Source: Octopus sinensis (taxonomy: Eukaryota). Taken from it: 64,000 nt of DNA. Positions 22,950 to 36,063 of the stretch are shown here, piece after piece. Within the stretch, counting starts at the first letter, position 1, and every line of letters begins with the position of its first letter. The notes under the pieces were generated by a model. It was given only the letters and a program-made list of their open reading frames with translations, did no database searches and had not been told where the DNA came from. The stretch spans positions 42,284,001-42,348,000 of the forward strand of contig NC_042997.1 in assembly GCF_006345805.1 (NCBI RefSeq), written 5' to 3'. Both the position numbers and the translations under genes were made by a program.

Positions 22950-25900
22950 AGAGATGTTACTTAAGTTCGTTGCTTTTAAATGAGTCTATAATCGACCAGT
23001 ATGGTAAGCCCAGTAATACTAGATTTGACTAGTAAGCATTTATACCGGAATGTTCTGTTGTGTTGAGTGATTTTGCCATCAGTCAACTTCATGACCTACA
23101 CATCGAGCTGTTCCACTTCGATTGTGTCACCAGTTTTCTTTAATTTCTAAAGGTTGTCACTATCTTGGCTTTGAAATATTAGGTCGTCGAGTATGAAATT
23201 TGTAGAAAAAAAAAGTTTGCAAATGTTTTATAAATACAAGGAATAGTTTTATTCATCAAAGTATGCACCCATATTATCAATACACTTTTGTGCCATTTCA
23301 ACAGTAGCTTTCCAGCCCGGAGCTGCAAAAGCCTAGCAATCTAGAGTCAATAAAATCTTGGAAGGCCTGTTTTACAGCATCGTCGGAATTAAATATTTTT
23401 CCCTATCAAAAAGTTATCCAAATTCTGAAAGAAGTGGTAATCAATGGGAGCCAGATCAAGTGAGTATGGTGGATGATGGAGAACTTTCAACTCCAACTCC
23501 TGTAGTTTCGCCAGTGTCTTTTTGTGATGTGTGGCCTGGTGTTGCCTTGCAATAAATTAGGAGTGGATCTGTTGACTAATCTAGGCTGCTTTTTTGTAAG
23601 TTTCTGCATCATTTGGTTCAGTTGGTTGTAGTATACTTCGGCCATGATTGATGAATCAGGCTTAATAAAATCATAATGGATCACACCTGCGCCAGACCAC
23701 CAAACACACACCATCAGCTTCTTTTGATGAATTTTGCTTTTTGGACTGTGTTTTGGTGGCTCGTCTTTGTCCAACCATTGTGCAGAACGTTTTCATTACA
23801 ATTCGATTTTAAAATTATTCATTTTTGTGACGAGATAATGCAAGCTTCTAAACGTTGCTGTTTCTGAATTTCATTGAGTTCATGTGGAACCCACTTATCC
23901 AAATTTTTCACTTTACCGATTTGAACAAGATGAGTCAATATTGTTTGTTTGCTAACACCAAACAACAACGATAATTCACGGGCACCTTGAGATGGATCTT
24001 ACTCTATGGTGGCTTTCAGTTTGTCGTCATTCACCTTTGTTTCTGGTCGACCGCGTTGCTCATGTGTGAGGTTAAAGCTACCAGAACGAAATTTTGCAAA
24101 CCAATTTGATACTGTCTGCTGTGTAATAAAATTACAATGAAATACTCCATTAATATCTCGAACTGTCTGTGATGTATTTCCAAGAAAGTATTCATATTTT
24201 AAAACTGTATGAATTTCCGACATAATGACTAAGCAAAAATAACAAAAACGATTTATAAATACTTTATAAAGCGCAAAACGAGTTACAATAAAGAAATAAA
24301 AGTGTCAGCTTTCTAACAAAAGAAAAATTAATTGTCAAAATATCATAATGGCAAAATAAGCAGCTGTCAAAGTTTAACCATGCACCTTAATACAAATTTC
24401 ATACTTGACGACCTAATAGAAACGTAATTTTCAACGGTCAGTAAAGGAAATTGCCAAGTGTTCACTTTTGGCATCTTTCATGTGCCTATTACAAGAGTCT
24501 TATCACAGGATCGTGCCGTGTATCATAAGGTTTGTGCTTTCCAGGTGGAATTAGGATAAAGTTACAAGGATTTCTTCTGAAAATGCGAATTGCCAGAGAA
24601 AGTTAAGTTACTCTAACAGGTATGTTACGCTATTGTAAGGCTGTGTATTGAAGTAAATCAAAGAATCAATGTTGATGTCACCATTATTTGATGTGTTCTC
24701 TGCGGCAAAATATTTCACTGTTTTTACACCATTTTCAGAAAACAAATACTTTTGGAATATAGTTGAGTGAATCCAGGGACATCGCCTGATATGTCAAAAG
24801 TGAGACCAGGCAAAGCAATAAGTTTATTTGTTCTATTAGAAGACGTCTCGACAACTGGCCAGCTAGAGTAGTGATCGACAGTTGTGAATTATTTAGTTCC
24901 TTTACAGGTGAGGCAGTCTACGCAAATACTAAGAAACGAGTACTCCGACGACACTCCATTAATAGAGGGAATATTTATGGTAATAATGGTGGTTGTAAGG
25001 AATTTGAAGTGCGTTGTTGGCTGAAGCTATTCCAGGTTAAAGGATTGGCGTGTTTTCCCTCAATGTTGTAAAGAACACATCTTGCTGCACCATCCACAAC
25101 GGAAAAACCATTACCAAATTGGTGGTTTTCTTGTATATCCTGTGGTAGTTCGTAACTGAAATCAGGCAAGCAAATTTTGATTATGTTCATGAGTTAATAC
25201 ACATTTCCCTCACATGCTGTTGATAAGCGGACGTTTTCTATGTCACTGATTTCTCCTATCAAGTGAAGTGAATTAATATTTTGTAGTAGGGATAATGTTT
25301 TTCTCGATGTCTGCTGGCTTTGCCTAAAATGATGTTCTACCAATATTATAGAATGTAAACAGAGTCCGAAATTTATGATATCATTGATGAGTACCAGTTG
25401 GGAAAGTGAACCAGTAGTTACTTGATGTTTGAGTACAGGTAGATGTTTCATCAAAGTACCTTTTCATTTAGGTTACTGAGATGTGTATTTGCGAAGTGTT
25501 CTAATGATCCCTCTATAAATATCTTGTATAGTAGTTTATGGTCTAATACTACAAGGAGATTGTCCTAGCCGAGCACGAAATATCGTGTTTTGTTGAACAT
25601 CTTCATCGACTACGGCTTTTCCTTCTTAACTGGAGAATATCTTGACGGTTCCGGGTGTATAAAACCACTATCAGTGTAATTTAGCAACTTGTTATACATC
25701 AGGAGGATTCTGCATTTTGGCCGTTATTAAAACCAATCTTGGAACAACCAAAAGTTTATTTATGTCTTCGACCTGCCAGTAGATAAGCAAATCCCTTTTC
25801 CCCAATCAAAGATTCTGATTTTGCAATTTCACTCCGTAAATAGAACGATATAAAAATTCGTGGGAAGTGCGAATAGTACAGGTAAGAGACCAGAAATCTA

Positions 25901-25990
25901 GCGATACCCAGTTCTCTTTGTATCAAATTTCTGGTTTCTAATCCTGTCGGTAAGAATCCTCCACTCCGTATTCTTCGCATTAGAAGCACA
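22950..25990 (-). mobile_element. Decayed Ty3/Gypsy LTR-retrotransposon pol (RNase H and integrase), split by a mariner
   Basis: Minus strand, with stops and frameshifts: SRYSPV...KTRYFVLG*DNLLVVLDHKLL (RNase H); IL*PGI; YSFLSICVD...VDHYSSWPVVE (integrase core); GVKTVK; NFILIPPGKHKP. Left of the mariner it continues KTGDTIEVEQLDV*VMKLTDGKITQHNRTF. No LTRs recognised. Confidence 0.75.
23179..24416 (-). mobile_element. Full-length mariner transposon (1238 bp), pseudogenised
   Basis: 26-bp TIRs ttaggtcgtcRagtatgaaatttgta at 23179-23204 and 24391-24416 (one mismatch), TA at both flanks; transposase pieces at 23999-24223 (HTH) and 23487-23774 (HQKKLMVCVWW). Confidence 0.93.
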
Positions 25991-26084
25991 TAGAGCGTTT
26001 TACTTCATAAAGGAATCATTAAATTCAAAATTGTATCCATGTATACAACACAGTCAAGACAAAAGGAAATTGCTGTACAATACT

Positions 26085-26430
26085 ACGTTTACTTCCCAAC
26101 TACAAGTTTCTGGGTTCAATCCCACTGTGGGACACATTGGACAAGTCTTTCCGACTATAACTCCAAGCCAACCACAGCATTGTGAGTGGATTTGGTTGAC
26201 GGAAACTGAAAGAATCCCGTCCTATATATTACATGTATATATCTTAGTAATGTGTATTTGTGCTCCTGTTTCCGCCCACCACGCTTAACAATTAGTGTTA
26301 GTTTGTATACGTCCCCGTAACTTAGCGATTCAGTAAAACAGATTGATAGAATAAGTACCTAGCTTAAAACTTCGAGGCAGTAACCCATCATGGACGCTGT
26401 CCAGTGACTGAAACAAGTAAAAGATAAATG
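26085..26430 (+). mobile_element. Family C SINE, degenerate
   Basis: tgggttcaatcccactgtgg...gacggaaactgaaagaa...gactgaaacaagtaaaag. Confidence 0.7.
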
Positions 26431-27110
26431 ATATAAACCTCAATAATGAGCCTTACGAAAACAGAGCAGATGCATTTAATAAACAAATAGCAGAGCTGGT
26501 AATTTTTAAAAAAAACACAAAAAAAACTTGCATCTAATATATACGAACAGTTGACTAATCACCAGAAAAGGGACTTGCAACGCGGTCAGTAACCGGTTCT
26601 TATTCTGCTGAAAGAAACATGATACTAGGAGAAAATGGGAAGCAGGTGTGTAAAAGCTATGAAATGTACCCTTATTCCTCAGACTGATAAAAAAAAAATA
26701 TTAATTGTGTTTTTACGAGAAACGTTGCCACAGAAACAGATGCGTTATGTTGACAAAGTTAAGAAACCAACACACGCTTAACAGCCGTACAATATGACTT
26801 GTGAAATATCTACCTGTTCAGAGATTACATTCACTTTGAAATAAGCATTACAATTCACGAAGATAACAATGACCTACCAACTCATTTTATTATATATATA
26901 TATACTTAATTTTTTTTATTTGCTATTTTATTTATTTATTTATTTATTTTAGATATTTCAGTGAAAAGATTCGACGTTCTTTGCCCGTTTACTTTGTACC
27001 ATTGAATTTCTTTCTCGCTGTCTTATTGACTGCCGTGTGTGTGTGTTTGTGCATGTGTGTGTGTACATATATATATATATATATATATAACTTAGAATAA
27101 CTTAGAATAA

Positions 27111-27148
<38 letters not shown>

Positions 27149-27213
27149 GTATGTATGTATGTATATATATACATACATACATACATACATATATATATAT
27201 ATAATATATATAG

Positions 27214-27247
<34 letters not shown>

Positions 27248-27256
27248 CATACATTT

Positions 27257-27318
<62 letters not shown>

Positions 27319-27461
27319 TATACACACACACATGCTAATACACGACCTACGTTGGACTCCTCAGTCGTATCATTACCGAACCTGGAGCTTAACTAGTCTG
27401 TCCATAGCACTTAGCATTCCTGACACCTTTGGGTCTTCTTGACACTAATAACTCTCATACC

Positions 27462-27496
<35 letters not shown>

Positions 27497-27768
27497 CATG
27501 TAGTTGAGCAATCCCTCAGCTATGTAAGTCGATCGTCACTTGTTGCTAAGACCAACGACCTCGCCCATTACCACACCTAAAACTCGAACCGCCCTCTCTC
27601 TCTCTCTCTCTCTCTTTAATCCTCTCTCCCTCGACCATCGCTCTCCCTCACCTTGTATACCTGTTTCTCATCCACCTCACCTTACTCCACACACAATTCT
27701 CTTCCCGCTTCTCTCTTTCATTTATATGTACAGTTTCGTATTTTCGCCTCCTACTTTCCCTCACACTT

Positions 27769-27822
<54 letters not shown>

Positions 27823-28596
27823 CGCATGGCTTCTATCCTCCTCTACTCTTTTCTACTTATTTAAAATCATTTTCTCTTTCAACCACTTCTCTTATCAGGC
27901 CTCTCGTTGTTCGTATTAAACTTTACTATCGTGATATTTATACACCGAGAGACGCTTGCGCAGCCCGGTCACTTTCATTGTTTTGTATCGTCTGGTTGAC
28001 TCACTGACTACCAACCAAACTATCAGACAAGGCTTAGCTGTTTTATTTTGGTTAATCCATTCTCCTACAGGTAACAAACAATATATCATTATATATTTTC
28101 TTCCATTTCCCCACGACTCTGCTTTCACAATTTGCTTTAAATTTATGTGTACGATTCATCATACTTTCTTGTGTGTGTGTGTGTGTGGTGTGTGTGTGTG
28201 TGTGTGTGTGTGCGTGTCTGTGTGCCTGTGTGTGTATGTATGTGTGTAAGCGTGTGTATGCACGTGTACCAGGCACACATAAACACAGACACACGTATAT
28301 ATTATATATATACATACATATACATACATATATATATATATATACATATATATATGCGCGTGGGTGTATGTGTGTATATGTATATGTAGGTATATATATA
28401 GATATATATATATATATTATATATATATTATATATATATATATATATATGTGTGTGTGGTGTGGTGTGTGTGTGTGTGTGTGGTGTATGTATATATATAA
28501 AGTTAATCCAAACAGGAAAGCACCAAAAAACACAACGCGAGGACGTGGAACAAATAAAGTATTATTGGACGCTCAGGAAAGAAGGAAAGAAGGAGG

Positions 28597-28631
28597 GTTT
28601 AACGTTCGAGCGAGAGCTCTTCGTCGGAAAC
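28597..28631 (-). ncRNA. Variant or degenerate minimal hammerhead-like motif
   Basis: Minus strand gttt-CCGACGA-a-gag(ctctcg)ctc-GAAC-GTT-aaac: helices I and II pair, but U4 is C and one A of GAAA is missing. Confidence 0.35.
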
Positions 28632-28777
28632 ATAGGAGAAGGAAAGATCCAGAGAACGGAAGACAGAGGGGAAAAAAAATCGCTAACAGTACCACGCGGT
28701 CACATTTGAATGTTTATACACCAATATATATATATATATATATATGTAATATATATATATATATATTATATATATAT

Positions 28778-29014
28778 TGTATAGAGGGCATATTACACAT
28801 AAATGCCTCACACTAGGAGGGACAAAGTCATTACTACCAAAATTATACTAATCATGCCCAAATGCAGTTTTTCAAAGCAAGACATTTAAAAATGAATTTT
28901 TTTTAAATGTCTTGCTTTGAAAAACTGCATTTGGGCATGATTAGTATAATTTTGAGTAGTAATGACTTGTCCTCCTAGTGTGAGGCATTTATGTGTAATA
29001 ATGCCCTCTATACA
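28778..29014. repeat. Fold-back with ~115-bp arms and a very short loop
   Basis: tgtatagagggca...gacatttaaaaa and ttttaaatgtc...tgccctctataca, with a few indels; (TA)n on the left. Confidence 0.93.
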
Positions 29015-29145
29015 CTATAGATATAATTATTGGTTCAAAGAAAAAAAATTATTTTCGAATTCTTTTCTTTTATGAGGTTTTCACGCTAGCTACCCGATAA
29101 TTTCGTTGTTAGATCCTTATTAAGAGATTATCCTTAATTGTTAAA

Positions 29146-29211
<66 letters not shown>

Positions 29212-29217
29212 CGCGGC

Positions 29218-29270
29218 GATTGGAATCTGATGAGTCGTCCGTAAACCTGCGAAACCATTGGTCACTCAAT
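29218..29270 (+). ncRNA. Hammerhead-like motif with intact core and imperfect helices (second copy at 30990-31042)
   Basis: attggaat-CTGATGA-g...c-GAAA-cc(att)gg-TC^actcaat: 3-bp helix III with GUC; helices I and II carry mismatches. Confidence 0.5.
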
Positions 29271-29446
29271 GACCGGACATATATCTAATTCATGTAAATA
29301 CATTACCGCTCTAACTTTAAGAGTGTGCTTCTTTTTAAAGATGATCCACTGACGGAGTGTGTGTGTGTGTTGTGTGGTGTGTGTGAGTGTGGTGTGGGTG
29401 TGTGTGTGTGTGGTGTGTGTGGTGTGTGTGTGTGTACATATACATA

Positions 29447-30005
29447 CTCTTTACTCTTTTACTTGTTTCAGTCATTTGACTGCGGCCATGCTGCAGCACC
29501 GCCTTTAATCGAGCAATCGACCCCGGGGACTTATTCTTTTGTAAGCCAGTAGTACTTATTCTATCGGTCTCTTTTGCTGAACCGCTAATTTAGGGGATGT
29601 AAACACACCAGCATCGGTTGTCAAGCAATGCTAGGGGGACAAACACAGACACACAAACATATACACACACATACATATATATATATACATTTCAACAATT
29701 GAGGGCAAAATTAATTAATTATTAATCAATTTCACCAAGTGTTCAGTATGCAAAGGGACCATTCAAGGCGAATTCAAATTTTACATTATATGTAATTTAT
29801 TTACTAAGCCCTTTTATATAATATATATATATACATATATATGACGGGCTCTTTCAGTTTCCGTCTACCAAATCCACCACAAGGCTTGGTCGGCCCGAGG
29901 CTGGCTATAGTAGAAGACACTTGCCAAGGTGCCACGCAGTGAGACTGAACCCGGAACCATGTGGTTGGTAGACAAGCTACTTACCACACAGCCACTCCTG
30001 CGCCT
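29447..30005 (-). mobile_element. Family C SINE with a ~130-bp insertion in its internal TA tract
   Basis: Reverse complement of family C; extra segment at ~29690-29815. Confidence 0.88.
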
Positions 30006-30197
30006 ATATGTGTATGTGACTACATTATGTATGGTCTTCGTATATGTTACATGCGTGATGTATATACATAAGTACACATCTGTCTGTGTTCATATAAATG
30101 TAATACACATGTATGTTTATACACAAATATAAGTAGTTATATATATAAGCATAAACGCAGTTATGATATTATATATGCATATGTGTATGTATGTGTA

Positions 30198-30301
<104 letters not shown>

Positions 30302-30310
30302 ACACACACC

Positions 30311-30369
<59 letters not shown>

Positions 30370-30858
30370 CACATATATGTAGGGTAGTAATAGTATTTGA
30401 GCTCACGTGAACCGGTTTCTAAACTGTCGTATGTATATATAAGTATATATCTGTGTGTGTATGTATGTATAAGTAACCTGCATCGACCGAGCATGTCGGT
30501 TAACCCGCACCCTCGTTTAAGCAAACGCACCCCGTTGGCAGAGTACGCGCGCGTGTGTATGAGTATGTGTGTGTGTACACGTATATATGTATATATACAT
30601 ACGTAATTTATACAGATATATTGTATATAATACATAATATCTCTCCTTTTCCCTTTCCTATCTCTCTGTTTATATACACTAATCATATATTATATTACAT
30701 TATATTATATTATATTATTTTAGATTAGATATGATATTTTATTGTAATATGTATACAAGCATGTTTATATATATATATATATAAAATTAATTAAGGGTAG
30801 AAATTGATATTAGTCAATTAAAACCAGTGGTCTAGCATATTAAAAAGAATCCGAAGAT

Positions 30859-30904
<46 letters not shown>

Positions 30905-30920
30905 GTATATATATAATATA

Positions 30921-30983
<63 letters not shown>

Positions 30984-31143
30984 CGCGGCGATTGGAATCT
31001 GATGAGTCGTCCGTAAACCTGCGAAACCATTGGTCACTCAATGACCGGACATATATCTAATTTCATGTAAATACATTACGCTCTAACTTAAGAGTGTGCT
31101 TCTTTTTTAAAGATGATCCACTGACGGAGTGTGTGTGTGTGTG

Positions 31144-31197
<54 letters not shown>

Positions 31198-31206
31198 ATA
31201 TACATA

Positions 31207-31620
31207 CTCTTTACTCTTTTACTTGTTTCAGTCATTTGACTGCGGCCATGCTGCAGCAACGCCTTTAATCGAGCAACTCGACCCCGGGGACTTATTCTTT
31301 TGTAAGCCCAGTACTTATTCTATCGGTCTCTTTTGCTGTGACCGCTAATTGACGGGGATGTAAACAACACCAGCATCGGTTGTCAAGCAATGCTAGGGGG
31401 ACAAACACAGACACACAAACATATACACACACACTTATATTATATATACATATATATGACGGGCTTCTTTCAGTTTCCGTCTACCAAATCCACTCACAAG
31501 GCTTTGGTCGGCCCGAGGCTATAGTAGAAGTCACTTGCCCAAGGTGTCACGCAGTGGAACTGAACCCGGAACCATGTGGTTGGTAGACAAGCTACTTACC
31601 ACACAGCCACTCCTGCGCCT
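31207..31620 (-). mobile_element. Family C SINE (duplicate copy, no insertion)
   Basis: Counterpart of 29447-30005. Confidence 0.88.
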
Positions 31621-32504
31621 ATATTGTATGTGACTACATTATGTATGGTCTTCGTATATTTACATGCGTGATGTATTACATAAGTACACATCTGTCTGTG
31701 TGTCATATAAATGTAATACACATGTATTTATACACAAATATAAGTAGTTATATATATAAGCATAAACGCAGTTATGATATTATATATGCATATGTGTATG
31801 TATGTGTATATCTATCTTCTATCTATCTATCTATCTATCTATCTACTATCTATCTATCTATCTATCTATCTATCTCTCTCTCTCTCTCTATCTCTATATA
31901 TATATATATATATATAGACACACCACCTCTCTCTCTCTCTCTATATATATGATATATATATATTCTATAATATATATATATATATGACACACACACACAC
32001 ATATATGTAGGGTAGTAATAGTATTTGAGCTCACGTGAACCGGTTTCTAAACTGTCGTATGTATATATTATATATATCTGTGTGTGTATGTATGTATAAG
32101 TCACCTGCATCGACCGAGCATGTCGGTTAACCGCACCCTCGTTTAAGCAAACGCACCCTTGGCAGAGTACGCGCGCGTGTGTATGAGTATGTGTGTGTGT
32201 ACACGTATATATGTATATATACATACGTAATTTATACAGATATATTGTATATAATACATAATATCTCTCCTTTTCCCTTTCCTATCTCTCTGTTTATATA
32301 CACTAATCATATATTATATTACATTATATTATATTATATTATTTTAGATTAGATATGATATTTTATTGTAATATGTATACAAGCATGTTTATATATATAT
32401 ATATATATATAAAATTAATTAAGGGTAGAAATTGATATTAGTCAATTAAAACCAGTGGTCTAGCATATTAAAAAGAATCCGAAGATTAAATATATATATA
32501 TATA

Positions 32505-32763
32505 CCAATTGAGGACTGAACACGAAAAGTGGACAGTCAACATGCTAGATATAGACGTCAAATCGCCATTCTCCACAAAGAGTATGTTCTCAACTAAAAA
32601 CTCAGCACAAAACCAAAGCATTGAACAAGACAAATGAAATTGTACAATGCTTTGGTTTTGTGCTGAGTTTTTAGTTGAGAACATACTCTTTGTGGAGAAT
32701 GGCGATTTGACGTCTATATCTAGCATGTTGACTGTCCACTTTTCGTGTTCAGTCCTCAATTGG
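32505..32763. repeat. Perfect fold-back: 119-bp arms, 21-nt loop, (TA)n on both sides
   Basis: 32505-32623 is the exact reverse complement of 32645-32763. Confidence 0.96.
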
Positions 32764-34139
32764 TATATATATATATATAATGTATATGTATTTTTATATC
32801 TTGTTATATTTATTTAGGTATATCTTATTATATTGATTGTATTTGTTGTACTGTATTAATGTCTAATCTTAATGCTCTTGTGTAGTGTTTTGATAAAGTA
32901 TATGATTCGGTATTATCTGATAGTTGATGAATGATTTAGATATACTTCTCCATTTTCTCATTTTGTATATATATATATATGAGAAATCAATTATCATTTT
33001 GTCTAACCTAATTATTCATTTTGACGACTCGAACGCCTGTTGATGCATGTTCATTCACACACACACACATACACACATCCGTTTTCTCTCTCACACACAC
33101 ACAAAGTCAACTAATACAAAGACTATGATACAGAGACACAAATAAAACTACTCGTTTCCTTTCCGTTAGCTCTAACTCCCTCGGCTTCCGTGATAATCTA
33201 TACAATTGGCAACATGTGTGTCGCTAAGGCCCCTCTGCTTCACAATAAGCAACGCTCCTCCGTTTCACCTGGCTCCTAACTTCAGGGTCAGGCAGTAGGG
33301 CAACGATTTTTATTTCATTCAGTCTAGCTATATCGCACCTTGTTATTTTTACACGAGCCAGTGAGGTATCCCCAACATGGTCGCCTAACTTGCGAGAAAT
33401 AGCAGCCAAATCTTCTCAAATCAGACTTTTCTTACAAACTAACGAACACATAAGATGTAGTCCTAACTTTACTACAATTCAGTGACTCCCAACGTGAGGC
33501 ATATGCCCCACTGGTTGGGCCTGGGAAAATTGTGCCGGGGTGAGGGAGCCAACTTTTCCTTTATTTCTTCTTTTTTTTTTAGTAGGACATGAACTTGTGA
33601 AAATCTTTCTTTCACAACAAACATACTACACCCATATTCAGCCTAGCCAAGCCAATCCCTCCCATCAAGTAAGCTGTTTGAAGAGTGATCGCTACAGTAT
33701 AGCGCTATCCTAATGTCCTAGGGTAGATATTTCTTTAAAGAAAGTAGAAATATCTAAAATGAAGATGTTTTTCCAACCACCGGTGGGGCATACATTTTTC
33801 TGGAAAGTTACAGCGGGACTTGGAGAAAATAGGTTGGAAAACACTGCTATAATTGAATAAGAAAATACGAAGTGGTGGTCGGGGATTGCCTTTGACCGTA
33901 GGTGTGCTCAATCAGGGATTACCTGGGGCTAAAACAACAAGAACAACAAGAATTTCAGATCTGGTACTCCTTTTACCATAGCTTCCTATCTTTTATTTGC
34001 CTAAATGTCTGTCTAATGCACATCGGTATATCCACTAGTATGTGCGCACCACACACTCACACACACACTACAAGCTAAAATATGCAGAAACAAATTTCTG
34101 TATGATATTTAACATCAAACATGCGGTTAAGAAGCTCTC

Positions 34140-34690
34140 ATTGCAACAACCATGTGCTTTCGGGTGCAGGCCAAATGCGTGGCATTATAAGCAAGTGTAT
34201 TCTACTATAAGCATGTGTGTCTACTACAGTTCGGGCCGACCATTGCCTTGTGAATAAATTCGGTAGATGGAAACTGTGTGGAAGCTCTCTCTAAAAGTAT
34301 ATGCACGAGTGGTGTTTAAAAGTTCCTGGCTTTGGGTAAAAGAAAATACAAGAGGATCAGTAGTTGATTATGATTTTATTCAACATATTCTCGTCTCAGA
34401 TTCACACACTTATTGCAGTGGTCCTTAAGTTTTTCTAAGCCCTGTAAAAGAACTCTGAAGGTTGGCCCTCCAACCAGGCCTTCCACGATACCGTTAAAGC
34501 CGGGAACTTTTCAGTACTCCCTTGTATTTGTAAATGTATTTCTATGCGTCTATGTGTGTGCGTTTTTGTGTTTATGCCTGTCCTTCTCACACCACTTGAA
34601 AACCAGCGTTTCTTTACGTCCCCGTAGCTTAGCAGTTCGCAAAGGAACCCGATAGAATCAGACTTAAAACTAAGCATTGGGGTCAATTGG
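34140..34690 (+). mobile_element. Degenerate family C SINE interrupted by a MITE
   Basis: 5' part (...gtagatggaaactgtgtggaagc) and 3' part (cttagcagttcgcaaagg...) flank the MITE at 34304-34526. Confidence 0.65.
34304..34526. mobile_element. Mariner-type MITE (~225 bp), copy 1
   Basis: TIRs ...aaaagttcctggcttt and aaagccgggaactttt...; homologous to 37198-37421. Confidence 0.8.
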
Positions 34691-34721
34691 TCTAATGACT
34701 TAAAGTAAAATATGAAATTTT

Positions 34722-34776
<55 letters not shown>

Positions 34777-34820
34777 AAATAGAAGATAGATAATAAACGT
34801 GCGTGTGTGTGTGTAAGTAG

Positions 34821-34861
<41 letters not shown>

Positions 34862-34879
34862 TAGATAGATGATAGATTG

Positions 34880-34946
<67 letters not shown>

Positions 34947-34947
34947 C

Positions 34948-34978
<31 letters not shown>

Positions 34979-34985
34979 TAGATAG

Positions 34986-35054
<69 letters not shown>

Positions 35055-35344
35055 GGTGTTTATGTGTGTGTGAATATATATGTGTATATTATATGTGTGT
35101 GTGTGTGTGCGTGCGCGCGCGTCGGTGAGTGTGTGTGTTACTGTCTTCTTGGATTGAATTCATGTAATGATTGTAAAGAATAACACCGTCATGCAAGCGG
35201 TGTCCTTGCCCGACAATGATATTTCTTTACAACTATCACATGAAGGCAAGGAGAGAGTAACACACATACACGCACACACATACGTACATAAATACACGTA
35301 CATACACATATACATATATACATACATATATATGTGTATGTATG

Positions 35345-35375
<31 letters not shown>

Positions 35376-35377
35376 AT

Positions 35378-35688
35378 GTGGAGGCGCAATCGCCCAGTGG
35401 TTAGGGCAGCGGACTCGCGGTCGGAGGATCGCGGTTTCGATTCCCAGACCGAGCATTGTGTATGTTTATTGAGCGAAAACACCTAAAGCTTCACGAGCTC
35501 CTGCAGGGGGTGGTGGCGACCCCTGTTGTACTCTTTTGCGCCAACTTTCTCTCAATCTTTCTTCCTGTTCCTTGAATAACGCTGCAATGGACTGGCGTCC
35601 CGTCCAGCTGGGGGGAACACATACCCCACAGAAACCCGGAAATCCGACCCATGAGCCTGGCTAGGCTTGAAAAGGGCGCATAAATAAA
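35378..35688 (+). mobile_element. SINE with a family A head but a different body and tail
   Basis: Matches family A to ~35570, then gctgcaatggactggcgtcccgtccag (resembling the V-SINE domain) and an unrelated tail ending gggcgcataaataaa. Confidence 0.75.
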
Positions 35689-35789
35689 TTTTAAAAAAAT
35701 ATATATATATATATATATAATGGCGGTGCCCCAGCATGGCCACAGCTCGTGAGCTGAAACTAGAATCAATCAATCAAATCAATCATATA

Positions 35790-36063
35790 TGGCCATGAAA
35801 CATTTTTCGTAAAATTTCGGCATTTTTCGTCAAATTGATGTCACGATGGCTAGTGCGAAAATGCCGAAATTTTACGATTTTTGCAAAATCGATTTTTTAA
35901 AAAATTCCAAGTGCGTAAGCCCCCCCCCCCCATGGTCATAAGCCCCCCCCCCCGTCTCCACACACACTCAAGTTTCATCAAGGTCTGTTGGATAGTCTCG
36001 GAGGAGTTAAAGTAACAAATTCACAACACAAATTTAAAATTAGTTCTATTTATTATCATAGAT
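35790..36063 (-). mobile_element. Possible non-autonomous Helitron-type fragment (5' end)
   Basis: Minus strand starts a/TCTATGATAATAAA...aactcctccgagac...gatgaaacttg, a pattern common at Helitron 5' ends. Confidence 0.3.

Noticed and set aside
32460-32759. ORF with LDIDVKSPFST resembling an RT motif
   Set aside because: The ORF is an artefact of the palindrome and the similarity is limited to a few residues.
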